Source: an uncultured archaeon
GTDB taxonomy: Archaea > Asgardarchaeota > Jordiarchaeia > Jordiarchaeales > Jordiarchaeaceae
Direction: 5' to 3'
Assembly (NCBI GenBank): GCA_964510585.1
Contig: CAZECW010000020.1
Span: forward strand, 30,001-62,000
Length of the DNA stretch: 32,000 nt
The position numbers and the translations under genes were made by a program. The notes beneath the pieces are model-generated. The model ran no database searches, had not been told where the DNA came from, and worked only from the letters and a program-made list of their open reading frames with translations. Shown one piece after another: positions 1-9,269 of this stretch. How positions within the stretch are numbered: the first letter of the stretch is position 1; each line of letters opens with the position of its first letter.

Positions 1-1
1 A

Positions 2-964
2 CTTGGGGAAATAATATCCCTCCTTAAGGAGAAATTTTTAGTGCCAGTATCAATTGATTCCATGCTTCCTTCCGAAATAGAGGTGGGGGTGGAAGCCGGG
101 GCGGACTTAGTTTTGAGTTTGGATCAGGGTAATATAGAGGAGTTGAAGTCCCTGCCTAAGGATGTAGGCGTAGTTTTGCTTCCAACCAACGTTAAGATGG
201 GGTTCCTGCCCAAAACAGCTAAGGAGCGGGTTGAAACTTTACTAAATTTGTATCAGACTGCTGAGGGATACGGATTCAAAAAAATCATTGTTGATCCCCT
301 CCTAGAATCTCCAATCAGTCCCGGCCTATCTAAATCTTTGGAGTCCTACATACTATTCAGGAGAACTAATCAGTCTCTGCCCATGATGTTTGGGGTGGGA
401 AACGTCACAGAATTTATGGATGTTGATAGTGTGGGAGTCAATGGTCTTTTAACTTGTTTAGCGGTAGAGCTTGGGGTATCTCTTCTTCTAACCACAGAGC
501 ACAGTGTGAAAACTAGGCGTAGCGTATATGAACTTAGTAGGGCGGCCATGATGGCCTTCTTAGCTTCTAAAAGGGATAAAACATTAAAGGATTTGGGGTT
601 GACATTGCTAAAATCAAAAAGTAAGACTGATTATGTAGAACCACGCGTTGAGGACGTTGAGGTGATAGAAACCGACGTAGCCGATGAGTCTTACGTTCCC
701 GACCCTAAGGGATACTTCAAGATATGGGTTAACCATGAGGAGGGAAAATTATATGTACTATTTAGTGATTCAAGCTCAAATAGGGAGCTGTTGCTCAAAG
801 GCTTGTCTGCGGAGGCTCTCGGCAAGAAAATTATTTCTTTAGGACTAGTTAGCAGAATGGATCACGCATTGTACCTTGGTAGAGAATTGAGTAAGGCTGA
901 AACATGTTTACTTTTGGGCAAGAGCTATGCTCAAGATTTGAATATTTTCGGAGAGGATGAATAG
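2..964 (+). CDS. Dihydropteroate synthase-like (pterin-binding) protein with C-terminal DUF4346; 5'-truncated by the window edge
   Basis: Frame is open from position 2 (LGEIISLLKEKFL-VPVSIDS), so it starts before the window. Contains the pterin-binding PxSIDS motif, DPLLE and GVGNVTEFMDVDSVGVNGLL, plus the DUF4346-type tail DPKGYFKI...RMDHALYLGRELSKAE. Stop overlaps the mptA GTG. Confidence 0.85.
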   Translation, partial: LGEIISLLKEKFLVPVSIDSMLPSEIEVGVEAGADLVLSLDQGNIEELKSLPKDVGVVLLPTNVKMGFLPKTAKERVETLLNLYQTAEGYGFKKIIVDPLLESPISPGLSKSLESYILFRRTNQSLPMMFGVGNVTEFMDVDSVGVNGLLTCLAVELGVSLLLTTEHSVKTRRSVYELSRAAMMAFLASKRDKTLKDLGLTLLKSKSKTDYVEPRVEDVEVIETDVADESYVPDPKGYFKIWVNHEEGKLYVLFSDSSSNRELLLKGLSAEALGKKIISLGLVSRMDHALYLGRELSKAETCLLLGKSYAQDLNIFGEDE

Positions 965-1917
965 TGGTGGAACTTCCAGATGTTCAAAACCAAGAAGCAC
1001 TGTTACCTATAGATCTGGATAAGGTGGGTCTAGTTGGAATAGTTAAACGTGTCAAAATAACTAAAGATGGCGAGGAAATTATACTATTACCTTCAATATC
1101 TGCATTCATCAATCTTCCTAGAAACATGAGGGGGATTCACATGTCTAGAAGCATTGAAACCATCGAGGAGATAATAGAGGAAATTTCCTATCGTCCCGTG
1201 GCAAGCATCGAGGAATTTTGTGAGAAACTAGTTAAGACACTTCTCGAGAAGCATGACTACGCTTCACATGCCACAGTTAATATGGAGAGCCCACTGATCT
1301 TCGATGTAAAAAGTGGAGAAACAGGGGTTAAGAGGCAAAAGAATTACATTGTGTATGTCAAAGCGGTGGGAGAAAGAAGGGAGGGAAAAATAGATACAAA
1401 AATCTTTTTGGGGGTGAGTGGCCAAGGCATGACTGTCTGTCCCTGTGGGCAAGAAATCACTAAAGACTATTCAAGAATTATGCTTAAAAATAGAGCTAGG
1501 GAACTCCAAATAAGTGATGAATCTATTGAAAAAATTTTAAACCTCGTACCCATAGCTTCACATAGCCAGAGGTGCAGGGCAAAAATAATGATAGAGGTTC
1601 CCAAAGAGCAATTAGTGGGCATGAAAGACCTTACCCAGATAATTGAGGAGTCTATGAGTGGTGTAACACAAGATGTCCTAAAGAGGCCAGACGAAGCCCA
1701 GCTAATACGCATAGCACATCTGAACCCCAAATTCGTCGAAGATACAGCTCGACAGATAATTTACCGGAGCGCTCAAAAGTTTAAAGAACTACCTGACTCC
1801 ACTGAAATAGTTGTTGAAGTGGAAAGCATGGAGTCCGTCCATGGCTACAATGCCTACGCCACAAAGGCAACCACCCTAGGAGAGATAAGAAAAGCGTTAA
1901 AACTATCCCCCAAATAA
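964..1917 (+). CDS. mptA: GTP cyclohydrolase MptA (FolE2/GTP cyclohydrolase IV family), methanopterin biosynthesis
   Basis: Motifs LPDVQ, RGIHMSRSIE, GMTVCPC, SHSQR, LKRPDE, NPKFVED and ESVHGYNAYA. TAG/GTG overlap with the upstream pterin-binding gene. Confidence 0.92.
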   Translation: MVELPDVQNQEALLPIDLDKVGLVGIVKRVKITKDGEEIILLPSISAFINLPRNMRGIHMSRSIETIEEIIEEISYRPVASIEEFCEKLVKTLLEKHDYASHATVNMESPLIFDVKSGETGVKRQKNYIVYVKAVGERREGKIDTKIFLGVSGQGMTVCPCGQEITKDYSRIMLKNRARELQISDESIEKILNLVPIASHSQRCRAKIMIEVPKEQLVGMKDLTQIIEESMSGVTQDVLKRPDEAQLIRIAHLNPKFVEDTARQIIYRSAQKFKELPDSTEIVVEVESMESVHGYNAYATKATTLGEIRKALKLSPK

Positions 1918-1961
1918 CAATCTGTAAAACTTAAAACCACCAAAAAATGTAGAAAAAATAA

Positions 1962-3014
1962 ATGATTGAGCGTGAAAAATTGAGATACGTGAAGCCCATT
2001 TTGGAGGGGGACTTCATAGAGGACAAAAATAATCTGATTTTTGATGTGAAGGGTCTAGTACATCCTCCAAATAGGGTGATAGCTTATCTGAGGTATTATC
2101 CAGATACTGAGGGGGAGAGAACTAGAAGGGATGGTCAGAAGTATAGTAAGGTTTACTCCCTAGAAGATAGAGAAAACTATCTAATTAAACACTTCCCAAG
2201 TTATGTATATTTTGACACCGTTTTTGGCTTGAAGCTTGAGGGTGTTCCAAGAAGTCAAATAAAAAGGGTTTACAAACCCATAGATAAGCTTCAAAAATTG
2301 TTGGTTGCAGAGTCCTTGAATGGTTTGGAGAGGGACACGGTACTCTTTGTGGAAATTCTCCGAGAAGAATCAAAAATTTCAACAAACAAAATAGGAGTAT
2401 CCGGCTCAATTCTAGTTGATTTGGCAAATCCAGACTCGGACATAGACATAATAGTTTATGGCGAAAAAAATTCTCGCAGGGCATACGAGGCCCTAAGAAA
2501 CCTCTTCAATAACAGCAACACTGCAATAAAACCTTATAGCGAAGAAGGTTTAAGAAAATTGTACAATTTCAGAGCCAAAGACACACTGATGAGTTATGAA
2601 GACTACCTGTTCAGCGAAAAAAGAAAGTGCATCTCGGGGGAAATTAATGGCAGAGACTTCTTTATGCGTTTCATTAAGGATCCAAGTGAAATATGCGAGA
2701 AATACGGAGACACAAAATACGTGTCCCTAAGTATTGCCAGAATAGAGGGAATAGTCACCGATGATAGTGAATCCATATTTACTCCCTGCAAATACCTCAT
2801 CGAGCATACAAAAACTTTGGAAGGTGAAGCCCCCAAAATTAGCGAAATAGTATCCTACCGAGGACGCTTCTGCGACCAAGTCAGAGAAAATGAAAAATTC
2901 ATTGCCCAAGGAAAAGTCGAGAAAGTAATCACAAAAAGCGAAACATACTACAGATTACTCTTGGGAGGAGGAAGAGAGGACTTTCTAATCGTCAAAAGAA
3001 ACCATCACAAATAA
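1962..3014 (+). CDS. Predicted nucleotidyltransferase (COG1665-type, Pol-beta superfamily), paralog 1
   Basis: N-terminal FDVKGLVHPPNRVIAYLRY; NTase motif GVSGSILV...DSDIDIIVYG; C-terminal OB-like segment IVSYRGRFCDQ...GKVEKV. Confidence 0.8.
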   Translation: MIEREKLRYVKPILEGDFIEDKNNLIFDVKGLVHPPNRVIAYLRYYPDTEGERTRRDGQKYSKVYSLEDRENYLIKHFPSYVYFDTVFGLKLEGVPRSQIKRVYKPIDKLQKLLVAESLNGLERDTVLFVEILREESKISTNKIGVSGSILVDLANPDSDIDIIVYGEKNSRRAYEALRNLFNNSNTAIKPYSEEGLRKLYNFRAKDTLMSYEDYLFSEKRKCISGEINGRDFFMRFIKDPSEICEKYGDTKYVSLSIARIEGIVTDDSESIFTPCKYLIEHTKTLEGEAPKISEIVSYRGRFCDQVRENEKFIAQGKVEKVITKSETYYRLLLGGGREDFLIVKRNHHK

Positions 3015-3042
3015 CTATTAAAAATTTTTAGGAGACTTAAAT

Positions 3043-4080
3043 TTGCGTGGAGAAAAAGATAGGGACTACCTCAAAACCCTCGAGAACCTATTCTTCTGTG
3101 TGATTGGCTACACACACCCTCCAGACAGATTTTTAGCCTATCTAAAATACATGCCGAGTCCCGAAGGAAAATGGGGAAGTACACAGCGATTCCAAAGAAT
3201 GTTAAAACAGTACGATGCCAAATCCGTGGCCGAGGGATTCAAACTATTGAGAGAAAAATATCCCCAGTACCTATACGAAGACCCAGTAAACAACATCACC
3301 ATTTCTTCAGTGCCATCACACTTTATAGCTGAGAGATACCATCCAGAGGAAAAGGTGAAGGAACTCCTTACACGTAAAGACCTCGATCCACTGGAAAAAA
3401 AGGCCATTCTGTTAATAGAAACGTTATCCAAAGAGAGTGGGGTGCCCATAGAGAAATATGGAATAACTGGCTCCATACTCATAAACATCCACAATCCCAA
3501 TTTTTCAGACATAGACCTAACCATCTACGGAAGAGAAAATTCCCTGGCAACCAAAGATGCCGTACTAGACCTAAAGAAAAGAGGGCTGCTGAAAAGTTTC
3601 CGGGGGAAAGAGGCCCAAGGGTGGATTAAAAAGAAGGAGGGAATATTCCAACTAAACTCAAAACAAGCGAGGCTCCTCCTAGAAAGGAAGTGGAACATTG
3701 GTTTTTACCAAGGAACCCGCTTCTCCATCCACCCCATAAAGGAAGAATCAGAAATCAAAGAAAAATACGGGGAGAAAAAATACAGAAGCAAAGGATTCAC
3801 ACTACTAGAAGCCACGGTGAAAAACGCCAGCGAATCCCTCTATCTACCATGCAAATACGAAATAGACAACATCAAAATATTAGAAGGAGAGAGCGCCGAA
3901 AACATAAAAGAAGTAGTGTCATACGAAGGAATCTTCTGCCACTTTGCAGAAGAAGGAGAACGAATAAGAACCAGAGGAAAACTAGAAGAAGTAACACCCC
4001 AAGAGGGAGGAAAAAAATACCACAGGATACTCGTAGGCTCTCCAGAGGCTCAAGCAAAAGACTTCATCCACTTAATCTAA
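3043..4080 (+). CDS. Predicted nucleotidyltransferase (COG1665-type), paralog 2
   Basis: FCVIGYTHPPDRFLAYLKY; GITGSILI...FSDIDLTIYG; VVSYEGIFCHF...GKLEEV. Colinear with paralog 1; TTG start. Confidence 0.8.
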   Translation: MRGEKDRDYLKTLENLFFCVIGYTHPPDRFLAYLKYMPSPEGKWGSTQRFQRMLKQYDAKSVAEGFKLLREKYPQYLYEDPVNNITISSVPSHFIAERYHPEEKVKELLTRKDLDPLEKKAILLIETLSKESGVPIEKYGITGSILINIHNPNFSDIDLTIYGRENSLATKDAVLDLKKRGLLKSFRGKEAQGWIKKKEGIFQLNSKQARLLLERKWNIGFYQGTRFSIHPIKEESEIKEKYGEKKYRSKGFTLLEATVKNASESLYLPCKYEIDNIKILEGESAENIKEVVSYEGIFCHFAEEGERIRTRGKLEEVTPQEGGKKYHRILVGSPEAQAKDFIHLI

Positions 4081-4112
4081 TATTGAAAAAGGCGCCGGAA
4101 AAAGAAAACCAA

Positions 4113-4631
4113 TTATTCTTCGATGGTCACTCCATACACTTTAAACTTTAATTTTTTATAGAGAGTTAGGGCGGGAACATTGTTCTTGAAAACCTTCATT
4201 TTAACTTCTTCAATCCCTCTATTCTTAAAATTCCTAAGTAATGTTAAGAGTAAACTGGTTCCCACCCCCCTTCTACGATACTTTGGCAAAACACCCAACT
4301 GAACCGGTAAGCCTATTTTTCCCCTAGACTCAAACATTAAAAACCCCACAAGTTTCCCATCAACCTCAGCAACAAGGGTCTGCTCCAAAGGCCACTTCTC
4401 AGCAAAGTCCAAAGTCATAGGTATGAAGGGATCCGGACAGTGAGTTAGACTCTCATTCACTAAATCCACGAATTTCTGCAGCTCGTCCCTCCTCAAGTTC
4501 CGAATTATTATTGATTTACTTATAAGGTTAAAAGGCAAATCATCTAGATTTGTCCTAGTCATATAGTAGTAAATTGTTTCCCTTTTCCCAAATTCTTCCA
4601 CCTTAACATTTTTTTCCAGTTCAGTCGCCAT
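4113..4631 (-). CDS. GNAT family N-acetyltransferase (RimI-like)
   Basis: Acetyl-CoA motif A (LGVLPKYRRRGVGTSLL) and NVPALTLYKKLKF. Start moved to ATG 4631 (MATELEK) to avoid overlap with the upstream paralog. Confidence 0.88.
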   Translation of the reverse strand: MATELEKNVKVEEFGKRETIYYYMTRTNLDDLPFNLISKSIIIRNLRRDELQKFVDLVNESLTHCPDPFIPMTLDFAEKWPLEQTLVAEVDGKLVGFLMFESRGKIGLPVQLGVLPKYRRRGVGTSLLLTLLRNFKNRGIEEVKMKVFKNNVPALTLYKKLKFKVYGVTIEE

Positions 4632-4644
4632 TTTTTTCCCTCGG

Positions 4645-5202
4645 CTAGTACTTCCTAAACTGACCAATAGGAATCTGAGAAGTTACATAAGTGGTTCTCC
4701 CAACTTCCACAAAACAGGCTTTCCTCTTCAATATGTACATGGTCTCTACATTACTCTCCAAAACTTCGCAAGTTACCTTTTCCACTTTTTCTGATTCAAA
4801 AAAGTCTAAGACCCTATTTAGAAGCGCCGAGCCCACACCCCTGTATCTATAATTTTTCAAAACTCCTAATTCTGCAATGTAGCCCTGTTTACAATTTTCT
4901 ATATTTGCAACTGCCGTAATGGCCATACCTACTGGGTAACCCTCTATCTCTGCAATAAAAGAGGTGTGTTTGGAAATTTTTTTAACAAAATCTGCATCCA
5001 TAGGTGAGAAGTCCTCACACTGAGACATTGTCCTATTATGAAGCATAGCTAGAAGACCCGCATCTTTCTCCGCATCGTATTCTCTTATACGCACATCCTC
5101 GGGAGCCTTTATGGCGGGCCTATTTTTTATGTCCAGCTCAAAAAGCACGTATGTTAATTGTGTGGTTCCCAAGCCTAGGAAATGATTCACCTTAACGTCC
5201 AC
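4645..5202 (-). CDS. GNAT family N-acetyltransferase
   Basis: LGVLKNYRYRGVGSALL motif A. Tandem with the downstream GNAT (13-nt gap). Confidence 0.88.
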   Translation of the reverse strand: MDVKVNHFLGLGTTQLTYVLFELDIKNRPAIKAPEDVRIREYDAEKDAGLLAMLHNRTMSQCEDFSPMDADFVKKISKHTSFIAEIEGYPVGMAITAVANIENCKQGYIAELGVLKNYRYRGVGSALLNRVLDFFESEKVEKVTCEVLESNVETMYILKRKACFVEVGRTTYVTSQIPIGQFRKY

Positions 5203-5346
5203 CTAATTTCTACTAAGTTAATGTAAAAAGGTTACTTTATTTAAAAATTATGTCAAAAATATATAATAATTAAAAATAGTTCATACAATATATATTTTCA
5301 ATATTTTGTTTCCAGTGCCTAACGAAACTTACTCCGCCAACTAAAC

Positions 5347-5688
5347 CTAGAGGGTGGAGTCCTTCCTTAAACCGTCTAGTAGTTTTTTTCCTTCGTTTTT
5401 AAGTCGGTTCCATACTTCTTCTATTTCAGCATTATATTTACCATTTTTTACACATTCAATGTAAAGTCCAAGGAATTTGGTGAGGCTTTCAAGTATGGGT
5501 ATGCTTAAAAGTCTTAATTGTTGGGTATTAACATTAACATAGGAGATAATGGCAGAGTTGACTTCTAAAGATGCACCTAAAATATCTCTCAGAATGACTT
5601 TTCCTTCAACTTGCTCGGCGTAAATAATATCCGTTGCCGCAATAGACGACTTCTTACCATCAGACACAGTTACTTTAAACTCACACAT
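5347..5688 (-). CDS. CooT-family nickel-binding protein with C-terminal helical extension
   Basis: N-terminal MCEFKV (Cys2) and the DIIYAEQVEGKVILRDILG...VNVNTQQLRL pattern. GGAGGTGA Shine-Dalgarno lies about 6 nt before ATG 5688. Confidence 0.65.
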   Translation of the reverse strand: MCEFKVTVSDGKKSSIAATDIIYAEQVEGKVILRDILGASLEVNSAIISYVNVNTQQLRLLSIPILESLTKFLGLYIECVKNGKYNAEIEEVWNRLKNEGKKLLDGLRKDSTL

Positions 5689-5952
5689 CCAATTCACCTC
5701 CCTTTTACATTTTTAGGTTAAATGGGTCTGAAAACTGTTATCCAGCATATTAGATTCACAGTAAATCTATGACTTTAATACTCTTTTGCTTTCAAAAATC
5801 TTTAAAATAGTTATTAGGTTGCTTATCCCACTGGAAAACTATTTCTCCTTGAATTTTTACATTTTTTGTTTATAAATGTCAATAATTGTATATTTTTATT
5901 TGAGGATTCCTTTGGGAATATTTTTTGGTTACCGAATGTTTTTTAAAGAGGA

Positions 5953-6672
5953 ATGAATAAGCATACAAGAGAAGTTTGGAGAAATAGAGGAGATCTAAAG
6001 TTGTCCAAAGCTGTTAAACTTCCAAAATGTACGTTTCACCCAGAGGTAATTGCTGTCGGGAAATGTGTTAATTGTGGACGTTACTTTTGTAATTTTTGTT
6101 TAGAGGTGGTCGAGAAGCTGGTGGGCGAGAGATGTGTAGAATGTCTTAGCGCCAACGAGTTAAAGCAAAGAACCAGCATAAAGAAATTTTCTATTCTTTA
6201 CGTCACGGGTTTTTTGGCAAGTTTAACTTTGGCTGTCCTGGGTTTCCAGTCAATACAACCGCCATTATTCATGTCGGCGTTGATGGGGGAATACTGGTGG
6301 ATTACAGTTATGGATTGGATGGAGAAAAAAACTCCTGAACCCATTGTCTGGCTGGCTGTAGTTGCTACCATCGGGTTCGTATTCTTTGCTTTCTTTGATG
6401 TTAGGGGTACTCTAAGGCTGCGTAGAACTCTTCCGGAACATGGTTTCTGTCCCAAGTGTGGTAAGGTACTTTTTGGCAATAGAGTTTGTAAAAATTGTGG
6501 AAAAGAACTCCTAATTCCTCCTCCAGAATATCCTGATATAAAATGGCTCAGGGACTATTTAAAAATGAAAGAGAAAACTATGGTTAGCTACGAGGAGGAA
6601 CTGGCTAGGAGAAGGAAAGAGATTAGGACAAAATACAGAAGACGAAAAAGAATAGTCAGACCCCCAGAGTAA
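5953..6672 (+). CDS. Membrane protein with N-terminal B-box-like zinc finger and C-terminal double-CxxC zinc ribbon
   Basis: CxxHP...CxxC...FCxxC...CxxC; two hydrophobic segments (ILYVTGFLASLTLAVLGF, IVWLAVVATIGFVFFAFF); CPKCG...CKNCG; very basic tail. Confidence 0.7.
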   Translation: MNKHTREVWRNRGDLKLSKAVKLPKCTFHPEVIAVGKCVNCGRYFCNFCLEVVEKLVGERCVECLSANELKQRTSIKKFSILYVTGFLASLTLAVLGFQSIQPPLFMSALMGEYWWITVMDWMEKKTPEPIVWLAVVATIGFVFFAFFDVRGTLRLRRTLPEHGFCPKCGKVLFGNRVCKNCGKELLIPPPEYPDIKWLRDYLKMKEKTMVSYEEELARRRKEIRTKYRRRKRIVRPPE

Positions 6673-6735
6673 CAGGCTTCCAAATTCTTGACAACTTTTC
6701 CTTTAATCCTTTTCTGTTGTGTTTAGAACAATTTT

Positions 6736-7887
6736 TTAGTAAGTGGGCGTTTCTTGAATGCTTGTGCTGGCATCCATTAAAATGTCGGGTTTTGACTCCC
6801 AAAATGCTAGACTTGCAACAGCGCCCACGATACCCCTTTTCCCAGTTACCTCAAAGACTTCTATCCCACATTTCTGTGCTACTTCCAAGGCTTCGCCGAT
6901 TTCCACTTCTTTTGCCCTAACCTTGTTGGCAAAGTCTATTAACTCTTTTGGGATTTCTAGTCCGCGGAGCACTGCAATTGCGGTATCTTCTGAGAGGGTT
7001 CTTTTTTTGAGGAAGTCCACACTGCTACTAATTATTTCCTGATATTTTTTGGGATCGGTGGCGATTTCTATGAAGCTTACAGCGTTTCCCGCAGTTTTGT
7101 ATTTAATGTTAGGATTTAGCATCACCACTTTGTGGCTAATTTTTTCTACATTTTCAGAGAGGTAATCTAAAAGTGAAAGGGATAAAGCCCAAGTGGCGCC
7201 TGCATCCTCAGTATCAGTATCGTCAATTCCCAAGGTTAAGTGTTCCAAGGGCTTGGTGAAGATTCTACCCTCAGTGTAGTTTCCCTTATCCTCAAATTCA
7301 ACTCGTAGCACACCTTTTGCATTTCTCATTGTTTCGGTCAATGAATGGGCCGGTCCACCAAAAGCCTTTAACGTTTGCACAATTTCATCACCGTGTAAAT
7401 CTACCCTCTCAACTACAACTGAGGTTCCCAGCTGTTTATCAAATTTCTCGGTTGGTTTCTCTCCCAGCTTAAATCTTTCTCTTAGCATGAGTCCCTCATA
7501 CCTAGTACTAGTTATGGCTCCCCCCGCCCTTTTGTGAGTAAACGCACAAAACATAACTGCTCCCTCACTACTACAATGGTGATAAATTTCACCAATCCCA
7601 TGGACTTTGTCCACCGTGGTGAAAATCCTTTTGCAGGCTGAGAAAGGTAAACCCAATTTTGATCTATAAGCGTACCTAGCAGGTTTACGGCCACTAGGAC
7701 TTTCCACAAGGTCAATCTGTTGCCCATCCAAAAGTCTTCTAATCCAGTCCTGAACTGTACTTCTCGGAAGACCAGTTTCAGAAATAACATCCTGCACTGT
7801 AAAGCTACCAAACTCCTCAGTTAACCTACGTACCAAACCAACACATAATTCACGTTTTTCAAGAATCTTAGACATAATCTTAATCAT
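6736..7887 (-). CDS. HTH domain fused to a TiaS/methanogenesis-marker-11-like (GIDDTD) domain
   Basis: N-terminal HTH (FTVQDVISETGLPRSTVQDWIRRL). LGIDDTDTEDAGATW, LNPNIKYKTAGN and GKRGIVGAVAS match the TiaS-FLD/Mmp11-like fold. Alternative start is ATG 7875. Confidence 0.65.
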   Translation of the reverse strand: MIKIMSKILEKRELCVGLVRRLTEEFGSFTVQDVISETGLPRSTVQDWIRRLLDGQQIDLVESPSGRKPARYAYRSKLGLPFSACKRIFTTVDKVHGIGEIYHHCSSEGAVMFCAFTHKRAGGAITSTRYEGLMLRERFKLGEKPTEKFDKQLGTSVVVERVDLHGDEIVQTLKAFGGPAHSLTETMRNAKGVLRVEFEDKGNYTEGRIFTKPLEHLTLGIDDTDTEDAGATWALSLSLLDYLSENVEKISHKVVMLNPNIKYKTAGNAVSFIEIATDPKKYQEIISSSVDFLKKRTLSEDTAIAVLRGLEIPKELIDFANKVRAKEVEIGEALEVAQKCGIEVFEVTGKRGIVGAVASLAFWESKPDILMDASTSIQETPTY

Positions 7888-8036
7888 CCGTAATTACCAT
7901 AATAGATATTTAAAGATTCAATTATTAAAAATGCGTCCCCTCCTAAAAATGTTAAACAGAAACATTAAAAACTGCACCTTGTTTATTGTGAATGCTAATT
8001 GAATACGCTTGAAGAGTAAGTTTTGGGACTAATTTT

Positions 8037-9269
8037 TCATCTTTTATGTGTGATTTGGTCCCAATTTATTACCCGCTCCTTTTGGCACCTAGATTGTAGC
8101 GGGCAATTAGGGCATACTGTTAGGTAGACTTCTTTTGTGTTCTTCTTAGATACTTTACACGCATATCCTCGGTTCACCAAATCCTCTGCGTTATCTATTA
8201 TTATTTGAACGGCGGCTTCGAGGTCTTGCGAAATCTCATTGACAGTTCTGGGTTTCTTTATCCAGAATAAATATTCCAGAATCGCAGCTTTTACTTCACC
8301 AACCATTTCCACAAGAATATCTGACATTGTAGCAGCCTTCTCTTCTCTTTCCAGCATTGTACCAGAAGGCGTACCTGAAGGGGGGGATTCCGTCGCCTGA
8401 TTAATTATTTCACTATGGACAGGTGTAGTTTCTGGAACCAAAACAGTTGACTTCTCATCATAAACCAGCTCGCTCTGCGGAGTTGATTGCTTGTATGATA
8501 TTAACTCCAATTTTTTCATCAACTCTGAAATTTCGGAACTGGTAGACTCTTTAAAGGGTTCTGGTTTTGTTTCTTCTAAGGCTTCTGCTAGTGGTTGTAG
8601 GGTAAACTCAGGAATCTGGGTATATATTTCTTGTAGTTTTACTAATTCATTTTTGAGGTTGGAGGCGTTTTCCTCGGATAACCTTTCAAGGTTTTTCTGC
8701 TCGTCGATGAGTTCTTCCAGTTCTTTCTGTTTTAATATTACTGTTTCAATTTTTCCAATAATTGAATCTGTCTCCTTCCCTTTTTCCAATTCTGCCAACA
8801 GTTGCTTTTCCTCACTGTAAAAAGTTTTCAATTGTTCTTCAAGACTATTAATCCTTCTATGTGTTTCTTCCCTGTCCTTATCTATCTCTAAGATTCTCTC
8901 CTCAATACTTTGTATTGCTCCCCTAACTATATTTTGATAACATTCTTTTAGATTAGACGAAAGATTTTTCACTCTATCTTTGAGCAATAAAAGCTCAGCC
9001 TCTTTCCTTAGTAGCGTTTCAAATAGCGTATGATCTGTCTCTGAACCGAGTATCATGCCAAGCAAATATTTACTCTCATGCCCAGCGGGGGCATAGTATA
9101 ATATTTTATATTTATCTCTAGAAAAATGACCTATAGTTCCACCTTCAATTTTCTCTTTGGAAAAAGTATCCAGAAGGCTCGTTTCGGTAATTTCACTATC
9201 ATGAATTATTGAAGCAGCAACTGAAACATTTTTTCCCGCAAAGTTGATGGCGAAGATTCCTGAGATCAT
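8037..9269 (-). CDS. Multidomain protein: longin-like N-domain, coiled coil, P/E/S/T linker, winged helix with CxxCPxxxxC cluster
   Basis: MISGIFAINFAGKNV starts like a longin domain; long heptad E/K/L helix; wHTH AILEYLFW...TVNEISQDL...LVNRGYA; CPNCPLQSRC. GAGGAG SD lies 7 nt before ATG 9269. Confidence 0.6.
   Translation of the reverse strand: MISGIFAINFAGKNVSVAASIIHDSEITETSLLDTFSKEKIEGGTIGHFSRDKYKILYYAPAGHESKYLLGMILGSETDHTLFETLLRKEAELLLLKDRVKNLSSNLKECYQNIVRGAIQSIEERILEIDKDREETHRRINSLEEQLKTFYSEEKQLLAELEKGKETDSIIGKIETVILKQKELEELIDEQKNLERLSEENASNLKNELVKLQEIYTQIPEFTLQPLAEALEETKPEPFKESTSSEISELMKKLELISYKQSTPQSELVYDEKSTVLVPETTPVHSEIINQATESPPSGTPSGTMLEREEKAATMSDILVEMVGEVKAAILEYLFWIKKPRTVNEISQDLEAAVQIIIDNAEDLVNRGYACKVSKKNTKEVYLTVCPNCPLQSRCQKERVINWDQITHKR

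Noticed and set aside
3690-4151. 153-aa Arg/Lys-rich alternative-frame ORF
   Set aside because: Shadow of the A-rich 3' half of the COG1665 paralog; no recognisable domain.
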